Assembly: GCA_010093745.1 (NCBI GenBank)
Contig: MU006010.1
Span: forward strand, 1 to 64,000
Direction: 5' to 3'
DNA: 64,000 bases
Origin: Piedraia hortae CBS 480.64
Lineage: Eukaryota
Part shown: one piece after another, positions 1 through 13,231 of the stretch
Layout of the letters: every line of letters starts with the position of its first letter
Position numbering within the stretch: the stretch's first letter is position 1
The notes under the pieces: model-generated
Seen by the model: only the letters and a program-made list of their open reading frames with translations
The model's database searches: none
What the model was told of the DNA's origin: nothing
Made by a program: the position numbers and the translations under genes

Positions 1-1938
1 GTCAACTAGTTTTCCGTAGAGATTTGTATGCAGGTACACATCTGCTCACAATTATAATAGGAAGCCCACAACACATAGCGTCACCTCGATATTAGACAAA
101 ACGTTTTTCTGTCGTCAAGAACACGCGAGTCTGGTACCTAAACATCACGCCATATTCATCATAAAAGGCTAGTCAATCAAACCTCAGTATAACATGCTTC
201 GCAATCTCACCAGCCCCACAGCCGCCGCTGGGCTTGGCGTCACTGGCTTCGTCGGCCTTGTCGGTCTGGTTGCAGCAACCACAAGGCTGGAGCGCACAAA
301 CGTCCCACTCCTTGGAAAAGCAGTCGGCACAGCGGAAGTGGCAGTCAAGGTGGCTAAAGACAAACTGTGCGTACCTTATCGTATCCTACATGCAGTACTA
401 ATCAAGTCTCTTAGGCCAAGCAATTACTTCCGTGTTACCTTTGGGGATTGGGCCTGGACGAACTCGAAGAGGAATTGAGTAGCTGCCGATAGGAGCAGTA
501 CAAGCACATTCGCTGCCGCCAAGCTCTTCAACAGATACCCAGTAATGCACTCGTGGCCCTTGACCTCGCTATCTTCTGAACAGCCACCTCCCATATTAAT
601 TGAAAGCTGTTCATGGTGCTTCAGGATTCGGTGCGATGAAGAATTCTCCACTGACGGCGGCTCTTCCACCGGCTTCGTTTCTCTTACGTGTCGAGCTCAT
701 GCCTACCCCTGAAAATTGACCACGGAGCAGGTGATTTTCGTTGAGCAGTTTCTTGCCTTAATCGCAGTCAATATTGAGATATGGGTCATCGATACCTTTA
801 TCATAAACTCTAATCGCGCTGTGTATAATGGTGATACCAACAAGCACCATCTTCATCGATACTCGATTCACGGCAAATACTTACCCTACATGCTTCCTCG
901 AGGCAGTGTTCGTACATTTCTTATTAATAAGTACGCACTAAAAGAACATGAAAGCTCTTGGCTCTATAAATCCTGTTCTTGCCCTTAGAAAATTTCCTCC
1001 CACTTAGAGACAAAATGTATAACTCACTGGACACAGCTGAAGGTGCGCCATCGGGATCGTCCCCAAGAAACAACAACAACCGAACTCGACCTCGACACAA
1101 TGATGGCGATAGAGCCTCGTATGTCGCATCTCACTCAGCGGGCTTGACCATTTGCAATTTTCCGGTTGCAACGCTACCAGGTGCTCACGACCGGAGACGT
1201 CTGCGATCTGGCAGTCCTGCTACAGGTGGGACGGTGAATGACAGCAATCGTGCACTCCCACTGTATCTCCGTAGTAGAGTTGTCGAGCTCTACAACCAAA
1301 GAATGGGACAGGCTATACAAGAGCTGCCTTATAAGCATTGGTTTTGCCTTTGTGGCATGTAGGTCTCCCGAAAGAAGTGTTCCGAATATATCTGGAGGTT
1401 TATACCAAATTTAATATTGCAAGTGAAGAGAAGAATATCGATTTTGCTTTCATCTACAAGGAACGATGTAGGACAGGAAGGCATGGTTACTTGAATGCTC
1501 CGACAATGCAGGGAATTAATGAGGTCAACGCTAGGATGGAGGAGAGCCCAGATCATCCTGGATTCTGGACGTTCAATTGAGGATGTGGGCGTAATGGTTT
1601 GCTTGGAAGAGCGATGCAAAGAATTTGTCATTGAATGGATTCGTCACACCTAGGCAACCCATAATTCTTTCGGGTGAGGATTGCGTGATCTCAACGAGTC
1701 CTCGAATATAATCTGGCTTGTCCAAGCTCGACTTTGAGATACAGTGACTTACTACAGCAATGTTGATAGAGCCCATTGTTCAATGCTTGTAGCATATGTC
1801 GCATCCCTATTTTGAATCGAATATCACTATTAACCCGCTCTTGTTTCTTCTAGCAGTCCACTTCCCCTCATACATTCGAAAACTACAAATTTTGCGTGGG
1901 GCAAAAGTGTCAAGTCGTGTGATTCAGATATGGTCGCT

Positions 1939-3808
1939 ATGCCAAAGAAAAATAACGCGCCAAGCCGCGTTGAAAACTCCAAACAACTTTTCAAGGTTGT
2001 TGTCTTGGAAACACACGACCAGGGCGACCATGCCTGTGTACGTGACAGAGGTCATTCCCAAGCCTCCCTGTATCTTCAAGGCAACAACGTTTTGCGTGAG
2101 AGAGCGTTTGCAGCACTCACGCGCCACGCAGCTATGCCCTGCGAACGTACAGGGCACTATCACGGATGGCCCGAGAATGTTCTAGGCGCATCGTTGACGA
2201 TCGCTCGATGCGAGCGTTTCTGTTCTTATTGTCCGGAAGCAGAACAGAAGAAGGATTGGGGCCGCGCCACGTTAGGTTCTCTTGCTTGTCTCTTATGCAG
2301 CCCGCTGACAGTGGTTCAGGAGATTGCGCCGTCATGTAGCCAAGCACTGTAAGCCTGGAGGCTCGCATTCGTATGTTCATCTTAACCCGAGGGGTCTCCG
2401 CATGGACGGTCAGCCACGCAGATCGTCCATTCGAGGCAAAGTGTCGCAATCCAGAAAGAGTCAACGCCCTGAGGACGATGCCGATACCCAGACGATAAAT
2501 GGTTTGCGCCCCAACTTGTCCGCTGCCCAATATCATGCTTCAGGAACCACCGCAACCAGTGACCCTCAGGTTGCCTCTCCGGCGGCTTATAGAGAGCAGC
2601 TTGTTCCCGGCCCTGCCAGTAGTCTCGGCACGGCCCAGTCTGGCATTGCTTCAGCTGGCCCTGATATCGTAAATCAGGCCCATGCTTTAAACAAATACCA
2701 GCAAATGAAGGGTGGTCGCTGCGAAAGTGGTGGTCAACCGTCCAATTCCTTGGGTCCTCAACAGCCGATGCAATCGCACACGAGGTCGGTCGAAGGCCTC
2801 GGTCGTAAGGATGAGACCACCGCTAGCAGGTCCAATTCCAACCAGCCGATTGACCAAAACAGTGACCCAGCGCCCAGATTTGTTGTGTATCCTATCCGCG
2901 TGGTGGGTCAGCAAGGCGACCAGTTTATTCTGCGTTCCTCTGATGCCATCCACCCCACTCCACAGGTCACGAGAGAAGGAATTGCACGACTGATCGAATC
3001 TAGGGAAGCGGACCCCAATCATTCGCATACCGGCTTTATAGTCCTTTCTCGAAACGTGGGCTCCGTCTCTCTTAGTAATCATCCAAACACTACCAGTCCT
3101 GCGGCTATTAATGGTGGCATGTCTCGCTCGCCTGGCTTCATCGTCCAATCGAGCCCCTCTACCGAGCCGGCTGCACAGCTCGCTCGTGCTCAGACTCAAG
3201 TACGCGCTAATGTTCACGGCCAAGCTCATGGCAGCCACCAGATGCAGAATCCACCCAGCCACAACAACGTTAACACTGTCCCGGGACTGCAGACGCATCA
3301 TGGATATCCCCAAAGCATGGGACTTGAAGGCCGTACGACAGAGTACTTCGGAGCTCGTCCCCGCTATGCCGGACCCACTCCAATTACCCACTCCGCTCCT
3401 TGCAGATATAGTATCACAAACGAGAGCATTGGTGGTGGTGTCCGTGCTCAGCCCATGAGGAATGCAATTGACACTCCGGCGTCAACCGGAAGTTCATGCC
3501 ATGGAAATATTGCCGACCAGGTCAATACTTCGACGAGTTTCCTGACGAATTCAGCTGGCCAGACCACGAGTAATGCCCGCCATGTTGAGCGTTCCAGTGC
3601 CGCCATTCCCCGCACGATGCCCTCTGCTCGTAATATCTTGGATGCCAATACGACAGAATATGGGGGCCGCATCATGGGATGTGTCTTTGGTCACGGTCCT
3701 CAAGCTTCCCCTGGGGTTGTGCAATCTGGCAGTGGGGTGGTCAATCAGAGAGAGCATATCGACCGCACGACAAATTCACTCCCGCGCGAACACCAAAGAC
3801 AGCACTAG
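1939..3808 (+). CDS. Orphan low-complexity protein (~606 aa) with one atypical C2H2-like finger; intron 2271-2319
   Basis: ORFs 1930..2352 and 2324..3808 join in frame via GTTAGG...GCTGAC...CAG (49 nt), giving CSYCPEAEQKKDWGRATRLRRHVAKH. The remainder is S/Q/G/P-rich. Confidence 0.55.
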
Positions 3809-4524
3809 TGTGGCTTTGCAGACATTCATGCTTTCAGGTGGCAGCGAGACTTTGCGATATGGTAATAAGCTAGCACCTCAGCCTTTTGAACGGCAAGCTG
3901 GGGTGCGACGTTGTCTTGTTACGCTTTAACGCGAGGAGTTTGTAGTGTAGCGTGGCCTCAATTGCGTCTGAAGGTTCCATTCGGTTGTGTTTGAAGTTGA
4001 GGTAGCGGGGCAAAATTTCATATCCGACTCCTGCAAAAAATTGTAGTTCTCATCCATGTGTATGCACATGATTATGTTGGTCCCTGCGAAGGTTCATGTT
4101 AGAGTCTTGGTCCTTGCACACAAATATGCATGCGAAGCACACCTCATATGAACATCACTCAAAAGCTAGACTAATCTTGTCAGTGAATGACTGCCACAAT
4201 TGTCTTTGCAACTTTCGATTGTGTGGGACTTTTCTCCCGCTCGCTTTCTCGAGATTCACCATTATTACACCCTGTGGGAACCCATGCTGTCAGTAAAAGT
4301 TGTAAGGACAAGGCAAATGAGATATTAACACAGTGGGTATCCTCCCTTGCTCAGTGCTTGGCGCCCAAAGTCTCCGTTCAACACACTCTGTCTTTTCAGT
4401 AAAGTACACCCATTAGTACGCTCGACAAACACAAAACTCATACAACCCAGAAGCTCAGAATCTTGAACGAATCTGTACCATACACATCCCAGTTTCCTGC
4501 TCTGTGGGATGCGTCATTTTCTAA

Positions 4525-5170
<646 letters not shown>

Positions 5171-5376
5171 GGTTGATTGTGTTGGCAGCGTTCAGAATGA
5201 TGACCTTTGATTGGTAATCAGCGTCCCCCTTCACCTCGTCTCATTTCCTGAGGGTCCAAGCTTATCGATTTGGACCCTGGATGATCTCCGGCGCCTGCGC
5301 TTGCTGCGGTCCGTTGCGGGCCGGTGCGGGGACCAAACGGTTACGGAGTTGATGCGATATTGTTTCTTACAGTATT

Positions 5377-6312
5377 TCAAAAAACATCTGATACACCTCG
5401 GGCTCTTTCGTCTGCCAGACGTCGCTCGTTCATCTCCCACCACCATTTATGGCTTTCGTCCTTGCCTTGCCGCCGCTCCTCTTCGCTCTCTTCCCATGGC
5501 TTAGGGCTCAGAATGTAGTGTACGTTTTTAACTTTTGCATCGCGCCAGATCGCATCGTGTACACCAGGCCAACGAAGCGTTTTAAGTGCGTTATATATGT
5601 ACGGTAAGGTGGCCCACCGCCCATAAAATAAATCACCCAGCATAGATTGGTCAGCAAAGTCATACGATGCGACAGCGTCAGACTGTAGTGCCGAGAGTAT
5701 GCGCTCGTACACTGTTGGTGACGGCACAACCACCTGAAGTCCGCCATTTGGCATCGCCAGACCTGCAGTTGGTGATGCACCCTCTTCTTGTGCTTTGTCT
5801 GGTGCACTGTGCTGGCTAGTGAAAGCACAATTCCCTGGCACCCAGTTTTTGGGGTAATGTGGCTTACCAAGAGGGTTGCAAACGCAGGCGTGGCTGGCTG
5901 CAAAAACCCTTTCGCCTTCTCCGGACACGATGCGCTCATCAAGTGGAATCTCCATGAGCTCATCCATATTCTGCAGCACAAGCATATCGCTGTCCAGCTG
6001 GACCACTCTCTCATATTCTTCAAGGCCATACGGTGCCAATTTACTCCAGCAATCGTAGAAACGAGGGTCTTGGCTGTAATCCTTATGGACGTTTGGTAGC
6101 AAGCATGGAATGCGCCTTTTGGCTATTCCTCGACGGTCAAGTGCAGCATGGCCCTCAGGTGGAAATGCATCCGTGTAGAGAACTACAAATGGATACTTTG
6201 TCCGCACAAACCTGAGGGACGCCTCGAGCGTCAAAAGACCCGGCAAGTATTTGGTGTTTGTGATGAGCGCGGTCCAGACTTTATTGCTGTCACCTTCTCG
6301 AGAGGATGTCAT
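5377..6312 (-). CDS. Glycosyltransferase family 8 (glycogenin-like)
   Basis: 311-aa ORF with YLPGLLTL, WSKL, DxD (LDSDMLV), NGGL, DQSML, YNALK and HYILSPKPW motifs. Confidence 0.9.
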   Translation of the reverse strand: MTSSREGDSNKVWTALITNTKYLPGLLTLEASLRFVRTKYPFVVLYTDAFPPEGHAALDRRGIAKRRIPCLLPNVHKDYSQDPRFYDCWSKLAPYGLEEYERVVQLDSDMLVLQNMDELMEIPLDERIVSGEGERVFAASHACVCNPLGKPHYPKNWVPGNCAFTSQHSAPDKAQEEGASPTAGLAMPNGGLQVVVPSPTVYERILSALQSDAVASYDFADQSMLGDLFYGRWATLPYIYNALKTLRWPGVHDAIWRDAKVKNVHYILSPKPWEESEEERRQGKDESHKWWWEMNERRLADERARGVSDVF

Positions 6313-6823
6313 GTTGAGTCAACGCTGACGATTCTCCACATTTTATTACCGAACTTTGAATTGACTTCAGTGGATCTTGTCATGCAGAGTTCTTCACCAA
6401 TTGTGTAGTCCGCGGCCTAATGTGAATTCATGAAGCAATTGGCACCCAAAGCAGCCATACATCACCCCGCTGAATGCAAGATTTCAGCTGCACCATCCTT
6501 GTTGCATAACGCTCTGATTGAAGACTCAACGCATTTACATCCATACGAGAATTACGATTAGTTCAACAGGCCAAATGAGACAACTCGCTTTGAATCATGG
6601 TTCGACTCGACTGCTAATTTCAACGCAATCTTGATTAATCCTCCACAAGAACATTGACCTACAGTGATGGGTCTTTCTCGACACGCGGGACGACGGCACG
6701 GGCGTTCGAACCTAATTGACTGTTCCACGGGCCATGATATGGTGCAACAATCGAAACAAATGACGACAAACTGGCTTGGGTGAATCAAAGCTGGTGGCGT
6801 CTTTCACATGCAGTTCCAATCAA

Positions 6824-6962
6824 TGACGTATGGTGGCTGGAAAATCTTTGGTTCCCGCACTCTGTGTGGGGCAGCGTTCGTTCTGACGTCTGTCGATGAT
6901 GTCAGGTGGGGCTAGCAAACTGGGCAGGGCGGGGGCAGTGACGTCGTGAAGAGTGGTATAAA
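6824..6962 (+). promoter_or_regulatory. Cluster of CRE/ATF-like bZIP sites plus TATA box upstream of the stress-type gene
   Basis: TGACGTA 6824, TGACGTC 6884, TGATGTCA 6897, TGACGTC 6939 and TATAAA 6957, followed by a CT-rich leader. Confidence 0.55.
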
Positions 6963-7048
6963 GGCGCCTTTTTGATCTGCTCCACACATTCTTCCTTCCT
7001 TACGCTTTCGACCCTTCAACTCTTGCTACATCTCCTCACTTAACCACA

Positions 7049-7874
7049 ATGGACGCTGCTTCTCAGGCTGTTAGCAATCTCTTGACGGGTGGTGCCCCCA
7101 AGGATGACAAGTCCAAGCAAGACACCTCGTCCACGTCGTATGACACCTCCAACACCACCTCATCTGGCACGGCCGGCACGTCCGCTGCCACCACAAGCGG
7201 CACCACCGGTCATGCCGATACCACTGTTGACCAACAAGTTAACCCTGCCGTTGAGCACGAGAAGATCACCAGGAAGCATGAGGATCGCGAGCAAACTGTC
7301 ATTGACCAGGAGCGCCACAAGCATCACTACCACACCACGGTTCAGCCGTTGAAGGACCGTGAGGTCGAGGCCGCTCAGCATGAGCACCGCCAAGAGGAGA
7401 CGCAGTACAGGAACATTGATAAGGATACTGGTGATGCCAAGGGCGAGGCCGAGAAGCAGCAGGCCAAGTTTGGCAACACCTCGAAGGAGGGTAAGACTGA
7501 GTACTCGACCACGAAAGAGCCTACAGTCCACCAGGGCGGCAGCGTAAGTCATGTTTCCTCATTAATCTTACCATAGGTAACTGACACTGGTAAAGGTGCA
7601 CCACCACTTGCACGAGACGATTCAGCCTGTCATTGAAAAGGGTATGTTATATTGTGTTTTCCGTTTTGGCATTTCACTAATGAGGTGCCGTGCAGAGACG
7701 ATCAAGCCTACTGTGACGCACACGACGAAGCCCATCCACGAGACGATCACGGAGAAGTCAGAGAACCATGGCATTACCCGTGAATCTGCCATCTCAGTGG
7801 ATGAGTTCAAGAAGCGCTTGGGGGGCGAGCCCACCGATTTCAAGGAGGCTCATGATGGCGAGCCCCGCGTGTAA
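7049..7874 (+). CDS. Hydrophilic His/Thr/Glu-rich fungal stress or 'allergen'-like protein; 2 introns
   Basis: PAVEHEKI...ERHKHHYHTTVQP...HHHLHETIQPVIEKETIKPTVTHTTKPIHE resembles a recalled conserved fungal hydrophilin family. Strong codon bias; introns begin GTAAGT and GTATGT. Confidence 0.75.
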
Positions 7875-8073
7875 GGAGGAACAAATGTCCTAATGATGAC
7901 TGTTGATTGTCTGATACTATGAATGATATCCTATTAACTTTTCCGCGCGATAACTTTGCCCAACGATAGTGGCAGCTACTGTAGCATGTGAAGCCGTCGT
8001 GCAACGATGACGTTCCCCGGATCCACTTGGCATTGACACATTTAGGTTGCAAGCTGACGTTTTGACAGGTGAG

Positions 8074-9558
8074 ATGATGATGGCAAGTGAGGAGCACGAG
8101 GGTAGCCCTCTACTACCTAAACCGCCACAGCCGGGCAATGGGCTAGTATCTGCTGTAAATCGAGCGCTGTTCACCGCGTTCTTGGTATCGCTTTCGTTCG
8201 GAGTCACACAAGTTCCACTGATTTACGTCTTTGGGTTGATGACTTGCGAGGAATACTACAAGCACCATGCAGATCCTGGGACAGGCGAAACAAGGTGCCG
8301 AGTTCACGAGATTGAAGCTTCGACGGCGCGGTCAGTTGCTCTGTTGGGAATCTCGACTACGTTCTTTGGCGCCATCAACCTGTTTTTCACCAACTGGACG
8401 ATGAAAGTACTGGGCATTAAGAAGGCCCTATTGCTCACTATATTCTTTCCTTCGGCGCGCCTTATGTTGCAAAACGTAGGAGTTGAGGTCGGCTCAGGAC
8501 CAGGGATTATCATCGTTCAGGCCAGTCAGATTATCACGGCAGTGGGTGGGCCAGTCGGCTATCTTCTAGCCCTCAACTCATTTGCGGCCGAAGTAGTGCA
8601 GCCAGCTGAACGCACAGCTACTTTGGGTAGAGTGTCAGGCTGTGCCATGTTTGGAACGTCTCTTGGATACCTTATTGGAGGTCTATTGGGACAATACCTG
8701 GGAATAATATGGCCTTTTCGGGTCACAATTGTCTTGTTTCTGGTCTCATGTGTTTATGCGCAACTTTGTCTGCCAGCCATAGGGAACAATGAGGCCGAGA
8801 CCGAGGCCGAAGCCTCCAAGTCAATCATCACGTTTCTTGATCCCATCAAGGCGCTCAAGCCACAGAAATGGCACCTCTCAACGGGAAAGGTGCAGAGGGA
8901 GTACGGTGTGATATTGCTCAGTCTTGGAGCGTTTCTCGGAGTCCTTGCCACGAGCTACATCCCAGTCTTGTTGCAAATGTACTCGACTGATGTGTTTGGA
9001 TTTGGCACATGGGAAAATGGACTTCTTATCAGCATCAACAGCTTTGTGCGGGGTATTTTTCTGACTGTTGCTTTTCCCACAATAATTGCCAAGGGAAGAC
9101 AGTGGCTGAAGCATGACAAAGAGGACGAGGAAGGGCTGGCCGATCAATCGAGCGAGATGGAGGAAAAGTTCATTTTTGACCTTGCTTTCACCAAGTACAG
9201 CCTAATTTTGGATGGCATCTTGACGGGGCTTTGCACGTTTACACTGCGAGGGTGGCAGATGTACATGATTGCAGTTGTTTTGCCTCTGGCCTCTGGCACG
9301 GGACCGGCGGCTAGGGGCACAATTCTTCAAATGTGTCCTGCACGTCAGCGGACAGATGCGCTGAGCGCAATAAGCCTGGTGGAGCTGATGGCAAGGCTCA
9401 GTAGCACCGGCCTATTTGGGTTGGTCTTTGCCTGCTTTGCCGAGGTAGGCCGGCAGAACCTGACCTTTGCAGTCAATGGCGCCATTGCCGTTGTTGGATT
9501 CGTTGTTTTAATATTCGCCCGGTTCCCGCCGCACGGCTCGGGCATGGTGAATGAGTAA
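8074..9558 (+). CDS. Major facilitator superfamily transporter (SLC46/PCFT-like fungal family)
   Basis: Roughly 11-12 hydrophobic segments, loop motif ERTATLGR, and a Cys pair in the first luminal loop. Confidence 0.85.
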   Translation: MMMASEEHEGSPLLPKPPQPGNGLVSAVNRALFTAFLVSLSFGVTQVPLIYVFGLMTCEEYYKHHADPGTGETRCRVHEIEASTARSVALLGISTTFFGAINLFFTNWTMKVLGIKKALLLTIFFPSARLMLQNVGVEVGSGPGIIIVQASQIITAVGGPVGYLLALNSFAAEVVQPAERTATLGRVSGCAMFGTSLGYLIGGLLGQYLGIIWPFRVTIVLFLVSCVYAQLCLPAIGNNEAETEAEASKSIITFLDPIKALKPQKWHLSTGKVQREYGVILLSLGAFLGVLATSYIPVLLQMYSTDVFGFGTWENGLLISINSFVRGIFLTVAFPTIIAKGRQWLKHDKEDEEGLADQSSEMEEKFIFDLAFTKYSLILDGILTGLCTFTLRGWQMYMIAVVLPLASGTGPAARGTILQMCPARQRTDALSAISLVELMARLSSTGLFGLVFACFAEVGRQNLTFAVNGAIAVVGFVVLIFARFPPHGSGMVNE

Positions 9559-9704
9559 GCTGGATATATAGCTGCCCAAAAAGGAAGGTGGCAGGGGTTG
9601 GCTCTGATACGGGGGTGGTTGCATGACATAATGCAGAGGTTACAGCCTGACACGCAATCGGCCCCGCAGTAGCAAGGCAAGGCGCGGCCAATCACAGCTG
9701 CGCC

Positions 9705-12700
9705 ATGCCGCGACCGCATATTACCCATCGGCTGTCCCTGGATCGCGTCAAGTCAGGGAACAGTCCGCCCAAGATTGCCATGGCCGGGACTGCAGAGAAA
9801 GCGGCGGGGCTGATGCTGAGTGTTTTGGTCATCAAGGGCCGTAATCTAGCTGCCAAAGACAGGAGTGGCACATCGGATCCGTTCCTGGTGCTGACTCTGG
9901 GAGATGCCAAACAGGCCACCAGCGTTGCCAAGAAGACGCTGTACCCGGAGTGGAACGACACGCTTGAGTTCTCACTGTCTGATGAGGTCAAATCCAGCCT
10001 CAAGATCGTCTGCTGGGATAAAGATCGGTTCGGAAAGGACTATATGGGCGAGGTTACCGTTTGGATTCCAGATATATTCACCATTACCGACTCTCTCACC
10101 ATTGGCCCGAAATGGTTCGGCCTTGAAAGCACGCGTAGCGGTCGTAGACAGCAGAAACGCGATGCCGACATTGGCGGCGATGTGCAGCTGCAATTCACTC
10201 TGTATGATGCTCGCGATCCTAATGCTTCTTCCCAGCAAATTTTGCAGCAGGTGAAGGGTGTCGTGGCTGAAGCTGAGGCTCATGAGGCCCACGAAGAGCG
10301 TGAAGATTTGGATCTGAATCATGTTGACAGCCGCGACTACGACGAAATCTCGGACGCTGACACTCTGATTGGGGATGAAGCACTTGGGACGCCGGCCAAA
10401 AAGTCGGATTCCAAGCGGCGAAAGCTTCGGCTGAAACGCAAAAGCAAGCTCCAGACGTACGAGCTGGGCGGCTTGTCGGATGTTGCTGGCGTTTTGTTTC
10501 TCGCAATCAACAAGATAGTTGATCTCCCTCCCGAAAAGAACATGACCAAGACAGGCTTCGATATGGACCCGTTTGTGGTGGCCAGTTTGGGGAAGAAGAC
10601 ATACCGCACGCGGGTTCTGCGCCACAATCTGAATCCGGTGTATGATGAGAAGATGATCTTCCAGGTGCAAAAGCACGAACTCAACTACAGCCTGTCCTTT
10701 ACCGTCGTTGACAAGGACAAGTTTTCAGGCAACGATTTCGTAGGCACCACGTTGCTGCCAGTTGAAAAGATCTGTTCCCTTGCACCAGAGGCCGATCCCC
10801 AGACGGGTCTTTATAAATTGCCAGACCCCGACGCCCACGGCGAGGCGGAGCAACGACGCCGCAAGTGGCGCGTGCCGCTGTCCCGGAGTGCGTCTCAAAA
10901 CCATTCGTCACGTTTGAGCAACACATCCCAGGTCAACCTTGGGAAGCTGAACAAATCACCCTCTAATTCCGGACTCTCTCAGCTTGCCCGACCGCCAATG
11001 GCACGACAAGACAGCGAGGCTTCCATTCAGGATACCAACCGCGCCCCTTCTCCGTTGCGTTCACAGGACAAAGGTCTGGTCGAAGGGGGCTATGATGAGC
11101 ACGGTATGTACTACTATGAACTTCCGCTGGATCTGAAAAAGAAGGCGAGATGGGAAGACAAGCACAACCCAGTCCTCTATGTGCATGCGAAGTACCTTCC
11201 GTATCGGGCGCTTCGACAGCAATTCTGGCGTGCCATGTTGCGCCAGTATGATGCTGATGACAGCGGCAAAATGGACAAGGTTGAGCTCATGACGATGCTG
11301 GACACTCTGGGCTCGACGTTGCATGAAAGCACCATTGATGGCTTCTTTCACAGGTTCAGTCATGTCAACGGAGGAGATGAATTTCTCACCATGGACCAGA
11401 CGGTTATTTGTTTGGAAGAACAGCTGATGAAGACCCGCGTTGCTCGCTCTGACTCGAGCACTTCGTCCGGGAAGCAACCAAGTCCCGAAGCCAGTCCATA
11501 TCTCGGCAGAAACTTGAGCGAGTCGATGACAAGCCTGTCGATCAATGCTTCTGACCAGAGGAATGCTGCAGATCAGAGAAGCGCCGCAGATCAGGGCATT
11601 GCAGAGCTTTCGCACGCATCCAGTGATTTGAATGAAAATGAAGAAGAACACGTTGTCGAAATTCAGGAATGCCCAATCTGTCATATGCCGAGACTCTCTC
11701 GGGGACGGCAGACGACGGATGCGGATATCATCACGCACATTGCGACGTGTGCAAGCAGCGACTGGCGATCAGTCAACAACTTGGTCATGGCTGGCTTTGT
11801 CACTTCCTCGCAGGCACAGAGGAAGTGGTATAGCAAAGTCATCACAAAAGTAAGTCGAACAAAATTCCCATGGGCCACTCTGACGGTGCAAGGTCTCGTA
11901 CGGAGGCTACAAGGTCGGGGCCAATTCGGCCAACATTCTTGTCCAAGACCGCGTTACCGGCATGATCAACGAGGAGAGGATGAGTGTCTATGTCAGACTT
12001 GGCATTCGCCTGCTATACAAAGGCCTGAAGAGCACTTCGATGGAACGGAGACAAAGTAAGTTCTTTGGACCGAGCCTTAACGGTCAGCTGACATGATAGT
12101 CCGTAAACTTCTCCGCAGCATGTCTTTCAAGCAGGGGCGAAAATATGATGATCCCGCATCGGCCTCGCAGATTGTCGGCTTCATCAATTTCCACCGGTTG
12201 GATATGTCAGAGGTGTTGAAGCCGACGACCGAGTTTAAGACGTTCAACGAGTTCTTCTATCGTGAGTTGAAGCCCGGAGCGAGGCCATGCTCAGCGCCAG
12301 ATCGTCCTCAGATCGTAGTTTCTCCAGCTGATTGCCGCACCGTGGTTTTCGATCGTCTGGAGGAGGCGCAGAAGATATGGGTCAAAGGACGAGAGTTCTC
12401 CGTGGAGAGACTGCTCGGAGATGCCTATCCCGAAGACGCAGCGCGTTACCACAATGGTGCACTGGGTATATTCCGTCTGGCGCCTCAGGACTACCATCGC
12501 TTCCACATTCCAGTGGACGGAGTGCTGGGCGAACCCAGGACGATTGAAGGTGAATACTACACTGTCAATCCCATGGCCATTCGCAGCGCCTTGGACGTGT
12601 ATGGCGAAAACGTGCGCGTCATTGTGCCCATTGATTCTCAATGCCACGGACGGGTCATGGTGATTTGTGTGGGCGCTATGTTGGTCGGCTCGACCGTCAT

Positions 12701-12998
12701 AACCCGTCAACCCGGTGAACGCGTCCAACGCGCAGAGGAATTGGGCTACTTCAAATTTGGCGGGTCCACCGTGCTGACTCTGTTTGAGCCTGGCGTGATG
12801 AAGTTCGACTCTGACCTCGTGAGCAACTCCAATACACCCTTGGAAACACTCGTCCGCGTAGGAATGAGTGTCGGCCATTCGCCAAACCATGCCCCTCACA
12901 CCCCGGATATGCAAAAGGCGAATCCCACTGCAGAGGAGAGGAAGGAGGCTGAGAGAAAAATTGCAGGCAGTTTATCGGCTGATCACGATGTACAGTAG
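9705..12998 (+). CDS. PSD2: Phosphatidylserine decarboxylase 2 (C2 domains, EF-hand, PSD domain); 2 introns
   Basis: C2 motifs [10 protein letters not shown] and DMDPFVV, EF-hand DADDSGKMD, catalytic FNEFFYR and [10 protein letters not shown], and the GGST autocleavage motif. Confidence 0.95.
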
Positions 12999-13231
12999 AA
13001 TGGATATGACGATTCTTTCATTTTCACTGGCAGAAAGCATGTTATCATCCGACTCATCCCACCCTCAAAGTGTTGAGCGAACAGGGCGGTCACTTAACGA
13101 GTTCAAGTGTGTTTCAAGTCACTGTCTCATATAACAATTCACAGATAAGACATCAGTGTCAACGAATAACATTGAGTATCCCATTAGAAAATGCCTGGAG
13201 GAATGTACAGGTTCGTGCGTCTACAAAGACC

